Shown here: positions 60,261 to 64,000 of the stretch, piece by piece
Position numbering within the stretch: the first letter of the stretch is position 1
Layout of the letters: each line of letters begins with the position of its first letter
Assembly (NCBI GenBank): GCA_002269645.1
Contig: NIVC01000463.1
Coordinates: 124,001 to 188,000 of the forward strand
Source: Macrostomum lignano
Taxonomy: Eukaryota
Length of the DNA: 64,000 nucleotides
Direction of reading: 5' to 3'
The notes under the pieces: model-generated
What the model saw: the letters and a program-made list of their open reading frames with translations, nothing else
What the model was told of the DNA's origin: nothing
The model's database searches: none
Translations under genes and position numbers: made by a program

Positions 60261-63200
60261 GGAGGAGATTCACTTGTTAGGATCACAAATGCAAAGTAGA
60301 GATAGCCATTTCTTTCCTATTGGCACACACACAACTGGCTAAGGTTTCTATATTTATATTTTTAGGGTTGGAATTTTTGCAACTTACCTTAATACCTTGG
60401 CTAGACCTCTTGCCACATAGCTAAATTGGCCAAGTTTGTTGGGTATTGAGCATATAAATGCAAATTCAGTATTATTTGATTTTTCATTGTACTATATAAT
60501 ACAAATAGGATTATAATATAAAATTATAAATTATATATAAATATGTATAAAATATATATATATATTAATTTCATTAGATGCTAATACTTTCAGTAATAAA
60601 AAGCCATAGTTTTTCATTTGGTAATAATGCTATTTAGTTGAAGAGCATAGGTCTATTCCTAAAAAAGTTCAGTAAATTAATGAAGGGGTTACTTCTGTCC
60701 TTATAAATAATCCCACTGGTTAGCCACCAAAGTTGTCACAGGGATACTTTTCTATTTCCTATTATTGATTATCTGTCACCAAAGTGGTTATTTCTTCCTA
60801 ATGATCTTATTGGTTATTAATTGCCTTTCCACTAGTAGCGCATGTACTTTTATTGGTACTTGGTAGCATATGTACTTCTATTGGTAGTGTGTGTATTTTT
60901 ATTGTACTTTCTGGCTTTAGGGGTCTTTAGGCACTGCCTATCCTATTCGTATACCCTTCTAAAGATATTATTCTCTCAGTCCTGGGCATTCCTGGGATCA
61001 GAGGGTCACAGCTTACTTGCTGGGTATTCTGCCTTGAGGCGGGTTTCTCAGACTGAGTCTAGACTACTCTACCCTGTGGTAGGATTCTTGCCTTTAAAGG
61101 CAATTTCTCAGATCCTAGATCTGGATGTCTTGTTCTCTGAGAATGGACTGAACTCACAATCTTGGGGCAACTCCTATGTCACTATCTACTACTCAAAATA
61201 AGTAACATGAGTGATCACAAGCCCAAAGTTCGAAACAATGGTACAAGACCAACAAACAAGAAAAGGTTATCTATTTTGGCTCCCAGCTGCCTCCTTTTCT
61301 ATAAGGTATTTTTAGGCTATTTTAAGAGCTTTTGCTATTAGTTTGCAATATATTCAATTTTTATCAGACAGAGGCACAATCTTGAAAAGTAGTAAAATAT
61401 CATATAAATGCAATGCCTTTTCAAGCAAACAATCTAAAAGTGTTTAAATTTTGATTAAAGGCCTATAGTGATATTTATAATGTTCAATTTGTCTCTAAGA
61501 TTAGTTTTAACTGCTTTTATGAATAGTATAAATACTCAAACTCATTAGTTAACTTGTCCTAAAATTTAAAACTTAGGTTTCTCAGTTGAACCTTACATAT
61601 ATATAACACCAATTAGTTGGTAGTCTTGTTGAAATAGAATTAAGAACCCATGGATACTACACCTTAACTAATTTAGCTGGCCTTTAAATTTTTTTCATGT
61701 CTTCTGGAATGAACATGAAATGGACGAAGGACCAATTCCTGAAGTTGCAGCATATATAATTGTAAGTCAATTGTTTCTGTTTTAAACCTTAACTTTTTAC
61801 CTATTTTCTTTTTTAATTATGAAAAAGCAAAGTAATTGTTGTTGATGAGTTTAAACTAGGTTCATTTTTTACCATTTTTATTCACTCATTCTATCTTATA
61901 TTATTACTTTTCCTAGTGTTACACAAGTGTTTCTTATTGTTATGAAACTGCATATAATAGCTTGTATATACAGTTTGTTAAATGCTTTTTAGGCAATTTT
62001 TGGACTTGGATTCATAACTTTTCTGCTTTTAAAATCTGTAAGTTTTAGCTAAAGCATCTTTGTCAATTTATCAAAAGAAGAATATTAATAAAATAAATGC
62101 AGCAGGATTTTTTACTGCAGCATGTTGACGTGCAAATCTTAATCACATCTTAATTAGTTTTGCTTAAATATTGATTCCATGGTTTTAAATTATAAAACCC
62201 TTATACAGTAAAGACTAATCAAAGCTGTTACTATGTGTATTCCAGTTTTCATAAATTTAGTATGAAATTCTGTTGCTGGATTTATTTAAATTAAAAATGG
62301 CTATTTGAATGTCTACTTAATCGTTGCTAATAACTTAGATTTTAAAGACTGGACTTTAAACTGGATTTTTTCCTAATTTATGCACTAATTGATATATCAC
62401 ACTTATTATGCATTTCTGTCTAATTTATGAAACTAGCATTGAATGTAATCCATGCTAGCTAGGATTTTTTATAATTTGTTTTAGTGTTTTCTCTTCTTCT
62501 AGGTATTATTGTAACAAAATTTTTGTATAGCACAGTAGATAAATAGATTAAGTTTGAGTGAATGCATTACTTAGCACTATTGAAAATATTAAAGAAATTC
62601 CTTATTTTTCCATATCATTATATTTAATCAGTATAGCATAGGTATGCAATTAATATTATATCATCAAAATTTTATCTACTTTTAATTGTTTTGATCATTC
62701 TTTTCACATCAAGAGAGTCATTGTTCCTTCTGCTGGTAGAGCATTCTACATTTTGGTAAATATAAAATATTTATTTCACTTAATGTACTCATTATTTGGT
62801 AACATATATGCAACTATCATAATAAATTAATAACACATCTAATATAGTTTTCTAGTTATATTGTAACTTTCACCATATGTATTTGATGCAATTTAAACAA
62901 TATAAAATACACCTGTTTTCTACTCAAGATTATCTAGTGCATGCCCCTTACTCTTGGTAAGTGTCATCCTTAAATAGCATAAAATATGAAAAGGTATTTA
63001 GCTTTTCTGTGTGCAATGTAGTTTTAATTATCTATAATCAATTATATGATTTCTAACATTGCAGATTTGCTCTTTTTAACATCAATTTTCATGTTTTGCG
63101 TTGCATAGAAAAAGTAGCCTTTTAATCAAGTTGAATTTCGCTTTTACCTTAAAGCCAGCCTAAAATTCCCTACTGTGCTTTTCTTTTCACTTTTTAAGTG

Positions 63201-64000
63201 ATAATCAAAGGCTTTGAAACCACTTGAAGTTTTTTAACGATTTACTTTCAACAGTCTAAAGACCATTTTTGTGTTACATAAACTTCCTAACAAGAGAATT
63301 TCATTGTGGCAACTCATGACGTTTTTTAACTTGGTTTTATTTTATAAGAGACAGGGAGGTCGTGTGCACCCTGGTGCGGTTTAAGCAACTTTGTCACAAT
63401 TGGCAAGAGGCATTTCTGTCCATCCCACCAACTCCTCTGAGCAACACACACAGGAGTGTACAGTGGCCCGAACTTTATTTATCGTTAAGGCATGTACAAT
63501 TCACTGCGCCTAGTTGGTTGCGTCCCAAGGCTGTTAATTGCATGAGCATAGCCAAGCCAAGATTCCAATTTAGCCCCAAATTTATGTGACCACTTGGAAT
63601 CGAGCCTTGGTTGCTGACACACCAGAGTGTCATCAGAGCTGCCGCATAAGAAGACCACTGGGCTACGGCCCTTTGTAAGTACGAGTAGTAAGCAGTTTTT
63701 ATACTAAGCTTCGGTCTTTTAACTGTTGAGGAATTCCTAAAATAATCCTAGTGAATATAGTGCTGAAGCTTTGGTCGATTTTTATTCAACAGTAGCATTT
63801 AGCTTTAAGGTGATTGGCTTTGAAATGCTTCTACTTCACAATTTCAGTTTTACCCAAAGTCTGTATTTTTTAGTTTTATTTGGCTTTTTAAGTCGCATAA
63901 TTAAATTATCACTTATGCCGATGTTTCTATTAAGTTTTAAGGTTTAATTGATAATAACAGTGCAGGTAATTACGCGCGTATGGCAGAATACTAATGTTAA

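Noticed and set aside
60842-61201. 119-aa ORF with a hydrophobic start
   Set aside because: The N-terminus comes from low-complexity AT-rich sequence; no motif or splice support.

Overview
Eukaryotic (metazoan) genomic DNA, not prokaryotic; there are no CRISPR arrays, rRNA or tRNA genes. GC-rich exons, very short introns and introns swollen by minisatellites resemble the flatworm Macrostomum lignano, but that is an inference and was not database-checked. I rebuilt four spliced genes by hand with phase-consistent GT-AG junctions: (1) an ATP6V1FNB/SPMIP1-like ciliary microtubule inner protein (+, 6690-7397, 2 exons); (2) a USP-family deubiquitinase with N-terminal hydrophobic segments (-, 26838-19289, 4 exons, about 631 aa); (3) PUS1/TruA-family pseudouridine synthase (-, 33758-29871, 4 exons, about 415 aa); (4) a PFKFB bifunctional kinase/phosphatase (+, 42199 to at least 49189, 5 or more exons). 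The rest is more than 15 micro- and minisatellite arrays, several MITE/foldback elements, 5'-truncated or non-coding retroelement insertions with target-site duplications, a Penelope GIY-YIG remnant with inverted arms and a decayed, internally deleted piggyBac. Most long ORFs in the supplied track are translations of tandem repeats. I found no unambiguous new biological system. The best leads are oppositely oriented microsatellites bracketing a frame-symmetric PUS1 exon (possible pre-mRNA duplex, exon skipping or circRNA), an RTD-to-KTD change in the PUS1 catalytic motif, the one-minisatellite-per-intron architecture and an ORF-less (AAC)n-tailed retroposon.
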